64,000 bases of DNA from positions 46,934,001 to 46,998,000 of the forward strand of contig OX597826.1 in assembly GCA_951406725.2 (NCBI GenBank), written 5' to 3'. The position numbers and the translations under genes are program-made. Below are positions 42,140 to 55,058 of the stretch, in pieces (position 1 is the first letter of the stretch; each line of letters starts with the position of its first letter). This DNA is from Octopus vulgaris. Taxonomy: Eukaryota. The notes beneath the pieces are model-generated. The model had not been told where the DNA came from. It did no database searches and saw nothing but the letters and a program-made list of their open reading frames with translations.

Positions 42140-42305
42140 AGAAATATATAATATATAAATATAATATATGAATATATGCATATATACATACATATATGTA
42201 CATACCTACATCTATATGTAGATATACATGCATATATGGGTACAGGACATAAAAAAAAACGTTGAACACAATGAGAAACGAAAACATAATAACAAAAACA
42301 TGGAA
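42140..42305 (-). mobile_element. Partial copy of family E
   Basis: Reverse complement matches about 5505-5660. Confidence 0.65.
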
Positions 42306-42874
42306 CTCCCTTTTCTCTACCCTCTCCCTCTCTTTCCACAAACACACATACACATACACGGAATCACACTCACATCTATCGATAGAAATACAACCCGACA
42401 GCTAAAAAGTATCGTATTTTACACAACCATTGATGTGGTGCCGCTAAACTTAGATCTAATAGTGTTTCCGTGGAGTTAAAAATATTTTATCGTTGTATAC
42501 ACTAAGCATTATGAATGGGAGCAAAGAAAAACGGGCGCTATTATGGAAACGTTTATGAAACAGTAAATCTCGTGGCTTACTTGCCTCTCCCTGTATGTAG
42601 GCTCATCAGAAATGTATGTTTGATAAGGCTGTGATTATTAATTGCAATATGTGTCATGTATTTCAATCACTTTTAATTAACATACAAAACTACCAAGAAT
42701 CGTAGTTAAATTAATTACTCGCTTGATTCAAAATCTGTTCACAATTATGACATTGAATATTTAACCACTTTGGTTATTTTAACTTACATCTTTATAATTC
42801 ATCGTACCTTGTTCTACAAACAAGATATATTCCTTCCTGCTGTACACTTTGAATAGAAGGGCAATATAAATTGC

Positions 42875-42908
<34 letters not shown>

Positions 42909-42936
42909 CATTATGCACGTACATAATACATACATA

Positions 42937-42988
<52 letters not shown>

Positions 42989-43059
42989 ATATATATATGT
43001 GTGTGTGTGTATGAGTGTATATATATATGGATGTATGTATATACATATATATATGTATG

Positions 43060-43109
<50 letters not shown>

Positions 43110-43723
43110 CCGTAGATAAAGCCTATGTAAGCTTTCATTTGATATATTAGAAAAAGATATTATCAAAAACGAAATGCGACTTTAAAATATGGAATTATAC
43201 ATAGATACATATACAATACATATACATACATACATACATACATACATACATACATACATACATACATACATACAAACTTACATACATGCACACACACATA
43301 TATATAATAAATTGCCTAGGATTTATTTAATATATTTATGTATTTATTAAATTTGTGTAAACATTAATATTTAGATGATATATATAAGTTTTCAAACTAT
43401 CAAAAAAAAAACACGAAACATAAACAAAAATAGAGAAAAACAAAACAAAAAAGGAAAGATAAAAAAACACAAATGAACAAAATTGTAAAGAAAGAACAAC
43501 TAAAGTTTTAAAATATGTACATTATATATTCTATATAGATTTATAAGAATGAATTGTCCTATAGAAAATATTTTACAAGAAATATCTTGGAACATAGCGA
43601 GTGAAATGTTATCAAAGCATCTTTAATGTGGTAGGAGAGAAAAGACATTTATCTATCTATCTATGGTCTTGAAAATCTTTCGATGGAGAAGAGACGAATA
43701 ATAAAATGATGATGATGATGATG

Positions 43724-43784
<61 letters not shown>

Positions 43785-44014
43785 CGATTATGATGATGAT
43801 GATGGTGGTAATAATAATGATAATATGAAAGAACCCTCAGTAAAACAGTGTGAAGACTGCTATAGAAAGAGTTTTCAAAGAGAATGGAATAAAGCTATGA
43901 AATAAGGAAAAAAATAGAAGTAACTATAATTAGATCTTAAGTCTTTAAGCAACACAAAGAACACAACAAAAGCAACTTCTGCCGCATCCAGCTATCTTCT
44001 CCATCATAAATATC

Positions 44015-44100
44015 TGCTGCTGCTGCTGCTACTGCTACTGCTACTGTTGCTGCTATTACTGCGAATACTATTATTTGCAATAGTAGTCGCTGTGGTCATC

Positions 44101-44136
<36 letters not shown>

Positions 44137-44960
44137 TCGATAGTGTTGGTGGTGGTGGTAGTGGTGGTGGAAGTGGTGGTGGTGGTAGTCGCCATCGTCG
44201 TAGAAGTAGTAGTAGACGTAGTCGTCAACGTAGTAGTGGTAGAAGTTGTAGTGGTGGTGGTCGTCGACGTGGTGATCGCGTTTCTACCACTATTACTACT
44301 ACTCCCACCACCACCACCACTACTACTACTACTACTACTTGCAGTGGTAATCGCTGTCGTCGTCGTCATCGTAGTAGTAGTAGTGGTGGTGCTGGTGCTG
44401 GTACTGGCAGTGCTGGTGGTGGTGGTGCTGGTGGTGTGGGCAGTGGTGGTATTGGTGATGATGGACGTAGTAGTCGTTGTCGCCAGTCGTCATCGTAGCA
44501 GTAGTAGATGTTGTAATGGTGGTGGTGGTCGTCGACATGATGATTGTGGTTTAGTAGCAGTTGTAGTAGTAGTAGTAGTAGTAGTAGTTGTTGTAATAGT
44601 AATTACTGGTGGTGGTTGTGGCATTGTTGGTGGTGGTTGTTGTATTAATATTAGTAGGGGGGGTCGTGATTGTAGTACTTGTATTAGTAGTAGTAGTATT
44701 AGTTGTAGTGGTGGTGGTGGTGGTCGTGACTTAGTAGTAGCGGTTATAATGGTGGTAGTGGTGGTCGTTTTCGGCAGAAGTACTGGTGATAGTTGTGGCG
44801 TTGTTGATGTTGTTGGTAGTGGCATTAAGTATTAATATTAGTTGTGGTGGTGGTCGTCTTTGTACTGCCGGCATTAGTGTTAGTAGTAGCAATGCTAGTG
44901 GTTGTTTATGTGGTTTGATGGAGGAGGAGGAAGAGAAAGGGAGGCGGAAGAGGCAGTAAT
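44015..44960. repeat. Long degenerate (GTA/GTG)n triplet array
   Basis: Seen directly; explains the poly-Val/Thr ORFs. Confidence 0.9.
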
Positions 44961-45392
44961 AGTGGTAACAATGGGGTATGTGGTGGTGGCTTCAACATCT
45001 ATTATTGTTTATAGATAGTTATTTATAAACTTATATATGTACGAATATATATATATGTACGAATATATATATATGTTTATGTACAGGAATATATACATAT
45101 AACACCTATATATCTACACGTACTCACACACATAATTATAAATACACACACACATACACACATCATTCAAACTTCCGACGCCACCATAATCAATACCTTT
45201 GACTTCGCTGCCCTCCCCTCCACCACCATCACCACTGTCTTTCACATCACTTACTATCATAGGCATAGGTAGATGGATAGATAAAACTTACTTGGAAGAG
45301 GTTGCGTGGTGTTCAATAATATAATAATATAAATAATATATATATATATATATATATATGCATTTATACATGCGTATATGTACACATCTATA

Positions 45393-45459
<67 letters not shown>

Positions 45460-45461
<2 letters not shown>

Positions 45462-45997
45462 ATGTGTGGGCACAGGGCATAACGAAACGTGTACTAGAAA
45501 AATATACGAAACACGAGTACATAAAATATGATGTATTTTTCCGAACAACGAAAGACACAAATGGAAAACAAGACGAACAACATAAAGAACGACCCTTCAT
45601 CAGTTGTTGGCTGTTTTTCTACTCTTGTATTTCGAGCATTTAACAATATACGCTTTTGATAAAACAGTTGCTCCCGCAAAGCAAATAATATAAAATTTGG
45701 GATTTTGTGGAGGGTCAAAATTGGCAACAAAGAGGATAGTGAAAACAAACAGGAAGGGCTACTTAGCCTAAGCGAGGTTGTGGTGGCGAACGCGTAAATC
45801 AAGCTTGGACAGGAGACAGAAAAGAACACGTCTTCCTTGTTCCAGCTACAACGGAGGGAAAGAAGGAAACACAAATTAGGAGAAGGAAGAAAGATGGCTG
45901 ATGGTCACGTGGGATTCATGTGAGCAAGGGTGCAGGAGGGGGAGAGAGTGACAGAGTAATTCCTAATTTTATTTAATTTGCTTTGCGGGAGCAACTG

Positions 45998-46000
<3 letters not shown>
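45460..46000 (-). mobile_element. Divergent family E copy with inverted 5' piece, flanked by (TA)n on both sides
   Basis: Colinear by eye with 5830-6270. 45960-45999 is an inverted duplicate of 45663-45701, a structure typical of PLE insertions. Confidence 0.75.
45590..45652 (-). ncRNA. Second candidate non-circularly permuted hammerhead
   Basis: Minus strand: GUA-UA UUGUU aaau GCUC GAAA UAC, A-rich linker, AACAA CUGAUGA A GGGU. All core nucleotides are intact. Confidence 0.65.
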
Positions 46001-46038
<38 letters not shown>

Positions 46039-46144
46039 CAAAATAAGGGTGAAAAAATTGGATATTAATTTAATAACATCAATTTAACACCAGTGGTTTA
46101 GCGCATAAAAAACTGAGATTCAGTAAATATTATTAATACACAAA

Positions 46145-46189
<45 letters not shown>

Positions 46190-46242
46190 TTGGTTTATTG
46201 ATAATATATTAATTAATTTCACCCTATATATATATATATATA

Positions 46243-46324
<82 letters not shown>

Positions 46325-46328
46325 TATG

Positions 46329-46398
<70 letters not shown>

Positions 46399-46425
46399 TA
46401 TATAATATATATATATCTATATCTA

Positions 46426-46488
<63 letters not shown>

Positions 46489-46585
46489 CGGGAAGCTTTA
46501 TGAAAATAAACAAAAGACGAAGGCAGGTGGAAAACAAACGAACAATTGTATTAGTATGGCGCTCAGGAAATATAAATAAAACAAG

Positions 46586-46623
46586 TCTTTAACGTTTCGA
46601 GCCTACGCTCTTCAACAGAAAGA
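46586..46623 (-). ncRNA. Minimal hammerhead with A6U core variant at the PLE 3' end
   Basis: Minus strand: ucuuu CUGUUGA A GAGC-GUAG-GCUC GAA ACGU U aaaga. Confidence 0.7.
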
Positions 46624-47157
46624 TACACAGAGAGAGAAAAACACAGAAAGAAGGAGAGAAAAAAATGCGTGCAGTAGCTAACGAATCAACATGGCGATCT
46701 GATTTCGGCCAGAGGTCAAAGATCAAACATGAGACGCGAGAGCGAAATAAGGGGAGATAATAGGGTTGATAAAAGGGTTGAGGGACCAGCTAATAGTGCG
46801 TGGGAGGGGTCTGGATGTGTGTATGTATAGGGTTGGTGTATGTATTAGTATGTATAAGGGTGTGTGTGTGTGTGTGTGTGTGTATGAGAGTATTAGTGCG
46901 TAGGATTGGTCTGGACGTGCGTATGTATGTGGTTGGTGTATGTATTAGTATGTATTAGTATGTATTAGTACGTATTGGTATGTATAGGTGTGTGTGTGTG
47001 TGTGTGTGAGAGAGTATAAGTGCGTATGCGGGGTCTGGACGTGTGTATGTATAGGGTTGGTGTATTAGTATGTACTAGTATGTATTAGTACATATTAGTA
47101 TGTATTAGTTGGTGTGTGTATTAGTATGGCACATCATATGTGATGTGATGTGTAAAG

Positions 47158-48335
47158 TCATGTGGTGTAGTGAGGAGAAGAGGGGGAGGGGGAGAAGAGG
47201 GGGGAAGGGGAGGGGAAGAAGAGGGGGGGAGAAGGGGGAAGAGGAGAGGATGGGGGAGAAGGAAGGGGAGGAGGGGGATGAAGGAGGAAAGAGGGAGAGG
47301 GGGAGAGAGAAGGGGAGAGAGGGAGCAGAGGGAAGGGGAAGAGGGAGGGAGAAAGAGGGAAGAAGGGAAGGGGAGTAGGGGTGGAAGGATGAAGGACTGA
47401 AGAAGTAGGGGTCGGGGGAGAAAGGATAGGTGAGGAGAGGGGGGTTAGATGAGGAGGGGGAGAGTTGAGACCAAATGGCGTATAAGAGCGAAGAGAGAAG
47501 ATTAATTCCTGTTCACGGCGCAAACGGGAATCCGGATGGCCTCTGTGTAAGGACAAACCGAACACAGATAGGTGTTGCAAGGAGTGACCGGTGGAGCGGA
47601 AATGGCGTGAGACCGGTGTGTCGTTCGCAAGGTGAATGTCACGAAGGTGTTCCGCGAACCGGTCAGCCAAGCGGCGTCCCGTTTGTCCGATGTACAAGGA
47701 ATTGCAGAGAGAGCAAGAGATGCAATAGATAATATTGCTGGAGGTGCAGGTGAAGGAGTGGATGATGGGATAGGGTCGATGGTGGGTGCTAGTGAGGCGG
47801 GTGGTGTTGGAGAGGTAAGGGCAAGTGCGGCAACGTGGGCGGGAGCAGGGGAACGAGCCGGGTTGGGAGGTAGGGTCAGGGAAGGAGCTATGGACCAAAA
47901 GGTCTCGAAGGTTGTGGGCTCGTTTGAAAGAGGGGAGGGGTCGGTTAGGGAAGAGGTGTGAAGTGGACGGGTCGGACTGGAGATGACGGAAAGCTCGAAG
48001 AATGGTGCGTTGGAGACGTAGGGTCGTGGGGTGGTAAGTGAGGGGAAAAGGGAGGCGGGAGACTACAGGGCGGGTTCGGGGAGAGAGAGCAGATACACGG
48101 TCCACGGACCGTGCTCTGGCAAGGGCGGTGTGGATAGTGGTGAGGGGGTATCCACGTAGGGTGAAGTGGTGAGCCATACGTTGAGACTGAGTCTCAAAGT
48201 CATGGTCGTCACTACAGAGCCTACGTAGACGGAGGAATTGGGAATAGGGGATGGAAAGCTTGGTGTGTTCTGGGTGGGAGGAAGAGAAGTTGAGGTATGA
48301 GTGTGAGTCTGTGTGTTTGTAGTGAATGGAGGTGG
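47158..48335 (-). CDS. PLE ORF C-terminal part: RT thumb, Zn-knuckle linker, GIY-YIG endonuclease (5'-truncated)
   Basis: YKHTDSHSYLNFSSSHP, SIPYSQFLRLRRLCS, RGYP, PCSRPRCRTC, NIIYCISCSLCNSLYIGQTGRRLADRFAEH, VSRHF, PFGLN. No stop or frameshift; the first 45 or so residues of the ORF-track call are flanking read-through. Confidence 0.9.
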
Positions 48336-48592
48336 TATATATATATACAGGCTTAGAATGTAAGTACTGGCCGCAGTCAAATGACCAAAAGAGATAAAAG
48401 AAACACACACACACACACATATATATAAGCACAGGAGTGGCTGTGTGGTAATCAGCTTGCTTCCAAACCACATGGTTCCGAGTTCAATTCCACTGCTTGG
48501 CACCTTAGGCAAGTGTCTTCTACTATATAGTCTCGGACCGACCAAAGACTTGTGAGTGGACCTGATAGATGGAAACTGAAAGAAGCCCATCG

Positions 48593-48653
<61 letters not shown>

Positions 48654-48661
48654 ATATATAT

Positions 48662-48876
48662 ATTCACTTCAACATTTAAATTTAATTTGCCAAAATATTT
48701 TCGTCGCTTTGAGACAGCGACTTGTTCACTGATGCAGTACGGAATTTTGTTAGTGAACAGGTCGCGGTCTCAAAGCGACGAAAATATTTTGACAAATTAA
48801 ATTTAAATGTTGAAGTGAATCTAACGGTTTTTGTGAGTTTCTTAAATGGCTTATAAACACCTTCGACGCTGCAATC

Positions 48877-48880
<4 letters not shown>
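48662..48880 (+). mobile_element. Family G repeat with 70-bp fold-back 5' end
   Basis: 48662-48732 is an inverted copy of 48750-48820; TA runs on both sides. Confidence 0.8.
48746..48796 (+). ncRNA. Type I hammerhead with G3-C8 swapped core
   Basis: UUUGUUA GUGAACA G GUCGC-ggucucaaa-GCGAC GAA AAUAUU U UGACAAA; 7-bp stem I, 5-bp stem II, palindromic stem III. Confidence 0.7.
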
Positions 48881-48966
<86 letters not shown>

Positions 48967-49014
48967 GTGTCTGTATGTATGAAATATATATATACACATG
49001 TATATATATATATA

Positions 49015-49065
<51 letters not shown>

Positions 49066-49273
49066 TATGTCTGTGCTTGTGTGTCCTTGTTTGTCCCCTC
49101 ATAATGGCTTGACAACCGATGTTGGAGTGTTCACATCCCCGTGAACGCTAAAATATGTACTAAGCATACAAAGAATAAGTTCTGGGGTCGATTTGTTCGA
49201 CTAAAGGCGTTGCTCCAGCATGTTCGCAGTCAAATGACTGAAACAAGTAAAAGAATAAAAGAATACATATATG

Positions 49274-49358
<85 letters not shown>

Positions 49359-49853
49359 GGGGAGTGAGTGAGACAGAGAGAGAGAAAGAAAAAGAGCGAG
49401 GGAGAGAGACACGTTAACAAACACTTAAAGCACATGCTACCTTATTCAAACTAATATATATCCTCGTATTAATTTGTGCAAGCCGACTAGAGATTAATCC
49501 TTACATTGCAATAGGGAAGAGCAACAAGGAAAAAATTGATTGTTTTAATCATAATTTTATAGTGAAGATATTAATTTCTATTTATATAGTTTGCGTATAT
49601 CATTAACAGAAAATTGAAACAGAAATTACGGGACTTTGAAGTAGTTTAGCTTCTAGTTCAATATAGTTATTGACACGGCAATTAATTGGAATAATACAGT
49701 AGAAAGAAGGCAACGTGCGAACCATTCGATGGAAATGACCGAAGGAAGGGAAAGTAAAGATTTTGGCAGATTCCGGTAAATATATGTATGTATGATGTAT
49801 GTATGTATAATACGTATATACATACACATTAAGTACATACATATAAATACGAG

Positions 49854-49898
<45 letters not shown>

Positions 49899-50169
49899 GT
49901 ATGTATATATATATATTTATACATATATATGTATAATGTATATAAGTACATATATTTGTATAAATATAAATAAATACCTATATATGCATACACACTCAAA
50001 TACACATATACAAACATATTGGCAAATTCATGTATACGTGCGCCCAAATATATATATACGTATGTGTGTATGTATATATATACGTTTATATATATATATG
50101 TATGTGTGTATGTATGTATATATTTTTATATATATCATATATATATATAGTGAATATATATATATATAG

Positions 50170-50222
<53 letters not shown>

Positions 50223-51517
50223 ATGCATATAAGCACGCACACATCCCCGCGGTATTAATAAACGAGTCCAGAGTACTAATCCGGGACGCCATGATAAAAG
50301 CTGTGTTGATCGCCTGGATCTAAATCCGTCAATAACATTTTGTTAAGTTGTCCGCCATTGCAATGTAATAGCGGCCATTTATAGATTTATTCAAACATCT
50401 CGTAATAGTTGGCTGAATTATATTTGCTGCGTTGCCTTTATTTATAAATCTTTTTAGCTCGCTTGTAACGTAGTGTTCATACCCTCTTTTCCATTTTCCT
50501 TTTAACTTTTGTTTTGATTTGTTTTTGTTTTTGTTTTCTTTTTTTTCTCCTTTTTAATCTGTTGGTTGTAATTATTATGATTAAGATATCGATAATATTA
50601 ATATTAGACGGTGATTGAAATTATCTGAGATTACTTTTTCAATGGACTTAATTTCTGGATTGGTCGGCGGACGAAGGCTGAGAACGTGGCTTTGAGACAT
50701 CTCTGTTACGAGCGATTTACACTCACTGTTCATTTGAGCGGAACAGTTATCAAATAGCTAATTTAATGTTGCTAATACTGATAGTTTGCCGTGTAGTAAG
50801 GCGCCGTTAGAACAAGAGGGAGTTAAGTTTCCGGTGAGCCAAAGTCGTTATTCAGTTTCGATTCATAGGCAGGAAGAATTTTCCATTTTCCTATTTAATC
50901 ATAATACAAAAGACTTTCATTTAGATAAAATTAATTATGCTACGCCGCTAAAATAATTTACCTTCATGTAATCTATTAAAGCGAATGACATTTATGCATT
51001 AACGTATGTATTTATGTATATGTATTTGTGTGTTTGTATTAGCTAATATACATCCTTGCATCTTTGTCTTTGTGAAAAGACTTTGGCTTGGAGTTAGGCT
51101 GTTGGGCTGACGATCAGGTCATACGATTGTGTGTTCGATTCTTTGAATGGGCTGTGTATTATGTCCTTGAGCAAGGCACTGCATTACACGTTGTTCCAAG
51201 TTGGTCAGTTGAAAATGTGTACCTACAGAGTACTGACGCAATTCTTTCTCCTCCCAGATGTCCCATACAAAGATTGCCGTGTGCATATGAGATTGTCTAT
51301 CTCTGCTCGCAATTTCATAGGTTCCTATTATATCCTTATGGTTAAACGAATACACTGCAAAAGTGTAATAACAATAAAATCGAAACAAACGGCTGTAACT
51401 ACACGGAACGTAACAACAAGCCTTTAAGAACAAACAAACCAAATACGCTAACTCGAACTGTAAACTGTTAACTCCTACTTTGAATTATCAACACACAAAC
51501 TATGGAAGTAGCACGAT

Positions 51518-52525
51518 GATTTTATTCAAACCACAATACTTATACAAAGACGGGACAACACACAGGACAAATAGGGGTCAGAGACTTATCGGATGAGACT
51601 ACATATAGTGAATAAATACGTTATAATTTCGGATGAAAATGAAAGAATGAATGGACGCAGAATGAGTTTGACCACACCAACGATATTCCTACGTTGAGCC
51701 GTTTACTTCGTCCTTTCCTCCGCCCCGCTTAATTAGGCACTTCCATACACAACATTCGGGCTACTTTCTTCCATCTTTTTCCGTACTTTTTTGACGCCAG
51801 GCATTTCTTCTCTAGACGGGCTTTCCCTCTTAAGTGATATAAAAAGAGGTTATCCAAAGCATGCGTCGAAACGAAGGTGCCTGATGCACTACCACTTCCA
51901 CGCGTCTCCCATATCACATCTTTTGCTGTAGCTATTACGGCTAGAAAGCAAAATTTCTCTTCTCCCTTTAGAAAAGACGGCGGAACGATCTTAATAATCG
52001 ACTCGGCTGACAGCTGTACTCTCCCTAGCTGTGACGATACCCGTTCGGACACTGTACGATTGCATGCAGAACAGTTTCGTTGCCCTTCCCGCAACGTGGG
52101 CACGTAGGCAAAACCGTAACGCCGTGCCTCGCGAGTTTATCCCGCCAAGCCTAGACCTCTGGAAGTTGTCTGTAGGTCCCGGGCCGAAAGTCCTTCTTTG
52201 CAAGTTGGTAAGCTGAATTTTATCGAAACCCAGAGTCTCTCCCAGGCCGTCATCACACTTGCCCCCTACCAGCCCTCTATAGCACGCCGAGGTGGTACCC
52301 CCTCCGCCAGCATTGCTCGTTCGGGAGAGAAGCAGAAGCGTCTGTTGACACTCTGCTTGCCAAGCTCCCAGCTTTGGTCTACGCCTGATCCAGCATTCCA
52401 TTTCACCAAAAGAGGTGAACCTGGGAATAACTCATCAACGAACGGAGACCATACCCGCTCACTGTCCAGGTACAGCCAGAGATGCCTCAACCTCAGCGAT
52501 TTTCGGATTTGCCGACTGTATCTCA
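51518..52525 (-). mobile_element. Tx1/L1-like LINE 3' fragment
   Basis: CCHC knuckle CPRCGKGNETVLHAIVQC, AKDVIWETR motif, AATAAA at the 3' end; frameshifted. Confidence 0.75.
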
Positions 52526-53354
52526 ATTATTTGTTGTTAATAGGTTTTCCATGACGCAGAAATTGTCAAATAACCAATGTGAGTTTCGAACGATCCTCGT
52601 CCATTCTCGCCAGGAGGCGTCGTACTCTAGCACAACAGGTGCCGAAAACAATTAACAACTAAATCATACTCTCTTGCGAGTGATGGCACTGCTATTTTTC
52701 TTAAATTGAGACTTAATGTGCTTAAAAAATTTGTTTCACTATCTTCACCAGAAATACTCTTTCAGATAATTATTGCCCCCATCTTTACTGGCGTCATTGT
52801 CATCGATTGAAATAGCTGTTGCCCTCACATTGACGTCAATGATTTTATTACTTGTGTTCAATGCAGAAGGTAACCCGGGTATTTCCTTCTTATTCATTTT
52901 ATAAAATTACGTTGTCATTTTATGTTCATTCACAAATATTTTATAACTTAAGCGCAGGCATGGCTTCAGCTAAGACGTTCGCTTAACAACCATGTGGTTT
53001 CGGGCCCAGTCCACTATGCACCGCAACGCCTTGGATTTCAATGACTTTTTAGTGAATTTAATAGACGGAAACTATGCTGAAACGCAATCTGGATACGCAT
53101 AAATACTTATGGTTATGTTCTGAGTTCCGATTTTATAGTTGTTGACTAGCTTCGTTCCCGTTCAAGAGTAGGGTGGATAAAATAACAATCAATAATTATT
53201 GATTATAATTATAGGGAAGAGAATATCTATAAAATCGACTGTTAAGTATTCCGATAAATGTGTGATCTTCTTTCGGTTCAAATCTACATTGATTTCAAAA
53301 AATACTGCGAACACCTTTTACTTTAATTTTTCCTGAAGGAAATAAAACATAAAC

Positions 53355-53391
<37 letters not shown>

Positions 53392-54077
53392 CACACACAC
53401 AATCACACAAGCGCACACAAACACCCACTTTGAAATCGCTTCAATGGGTACACTCCCCTCTTTCTCAAAAAATGTTGTAGCTACAATTTACCAGTATATA
53501 CAAGACACCTTTCACTACGCTTTTAGTAGACCAGCCCTACCATTAAAATGCGGGTTCTCTCAAATCGCTTAATGTCTATTCCTTACTATTTAATTCTCAA
53601 AGCCGATGTCGGAAATTCGTACTCTGTCAAAGGAATTAGGTTTGTCTGTGGCCATATAAGTTATAAATAACAACCGCATAATAAAAGCTAACCTACCGTT
53701 TCAAGAAGACTTGTGAATTGTCTTAAGTTTCAGAAGCATTCATTGGATTCTGTTAATATAAAACGTGAAGTGAAATGTAGTTCCCTAATTTATTTGTCCT
53801 GAATTCACTAAATTAACATGATGTCTTTAGGGTCCCTACAACTCAAGGGATTATACATTACTTTTCTTTATGCTAATGGCATTTCAAATTTTCCCTAATT
53901 TTCCCATGGGTCGTAAGTGTTTATTTGGTGTTTTCTTTCACTCGCTCTTAGAAATTCCTCGTATCATGTAGGCGGTATCAAATACCCTAATTTTTCTCTT
54001 ACCGTTTCTAAAAATATTTTTTTGAAAAATATCATTTAGTATGAATTCATTACAATAATTATCTATCGTTAGAATAA

Positions 54078-54337
54078 TTAACCACGTGGTTCCGGGTTCA
54101 TTCCCACTGCGTGGCAGCTTGGGCAAGTGTCTTCTACTATAGCCTCGGACAGACCAAAGCCTTGTGAATGGATATGGTAGACGGAAACTGAAAGAAGCCC
54201 GTCGTATATATATATTTATATATGTATGTGTGTGTGTGTGTGTGTCTGTTTGCCCCCCCCCCCAACATCGCTTGACAACCGATGCTGGTGTGTTTACGTT
54301 CCCGTAACTTAGCGGTTCGGCAAAAGGGACCGATAGA
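54078..54337 (+). mobile_element. SINE family A, truncated at both ends
   Basis: Match to 1129-1425. Confidence 0.85.
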
Positions 54338-54681
54338 CTCCGACGTTAAATACTACATGATAATTTGTGTAATGTTAATGAACTTGAAGAGATGAAAACC
54401 AAACTTCACTTCTATACAGGACATCGAAGTTACTGAATAAAAAGGCTGTAAAATGTACAGGGCGATTCTCCTATTTTTGTTGCTGTTGTTACAGTTACTA
54501 TTGCTGTTGCTACACTGGTCAGTTCACTACATTGGTGGAATGGTTGAACCGATTAGTGAGTCGGTCAAAATACCTACAGTTTCAGGTGCTTAAACTCAGG
54601 TTTCCATTCACACCAACATTAACGCTTTTTTCCCTTCATCCTCCCAGGGATGATGATATAAAATATCTTATATGTCGCCTT

Positions 54682-55058
54682 GTGGAGGCGCAATGGCCCA
54701 GTGGTTAGGGCGGCGGACTCGCGGTTTCGATTCCCAGACCGGGCGTTGTGAGTGTTTATTGAGCGAAAACACCTAAAAGCTCCACGAAGCTCCGGCAGGG
54801 GATGGTGGCGATCCCTGCTGTACTCTTTCACCACAACTTTCTCTCACTCTTACTTCCTGTTTCTGTTGTACTTGTATTTCAAAGGACCGGCCTTGTCACT
54901 CTCTGTGTCACGCTGAATATCCCCGAGAACTACGTTAAGGGTACACGTGTCTGTGGAGTGCTCAGCCACTTACACGTTAATTTCACGAGCAGGCTGTTCC
55001 GTTGATTCGGATCAACCGGAACCCTCGTCGTCGTAACCGACGGAGTGCTTCCAAAAAA
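54682..55058 (+). mobile_element. tRNA-derived SINE family C, tail type 2
   Basis: Same head as 27443-27630; perfect 12-bp TSD ATATGTCGCCTT at 54670-54681 and 55059-55070. Confidence 0.9.

Larger units (their letters stand above)
46487..48335 (-). mobile_element. 5'-truncated Penelope-like retroelement (Neptune-like), both ends in (TA)n
   Basis: Coding part followed by a pyrimidine-rich tract, three tandem units of about 110 bp (46800-47110) and a terminal hammerhead-containing segment. Confidence 0.9.
48429..49265 (+). mobile_element. SINE family A split by a family G insertion in its internal microsatellite
   Basis: Head half at 48429-48595 and tail half at about 49070-49265. Confidence 0.8.

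Noticed and set aside
47460-47760. Selenocysteine-containing PLE endonuclease
   Set aside because: Some PLEs have in-frame UGA codons, but this ORF has none in the part present.
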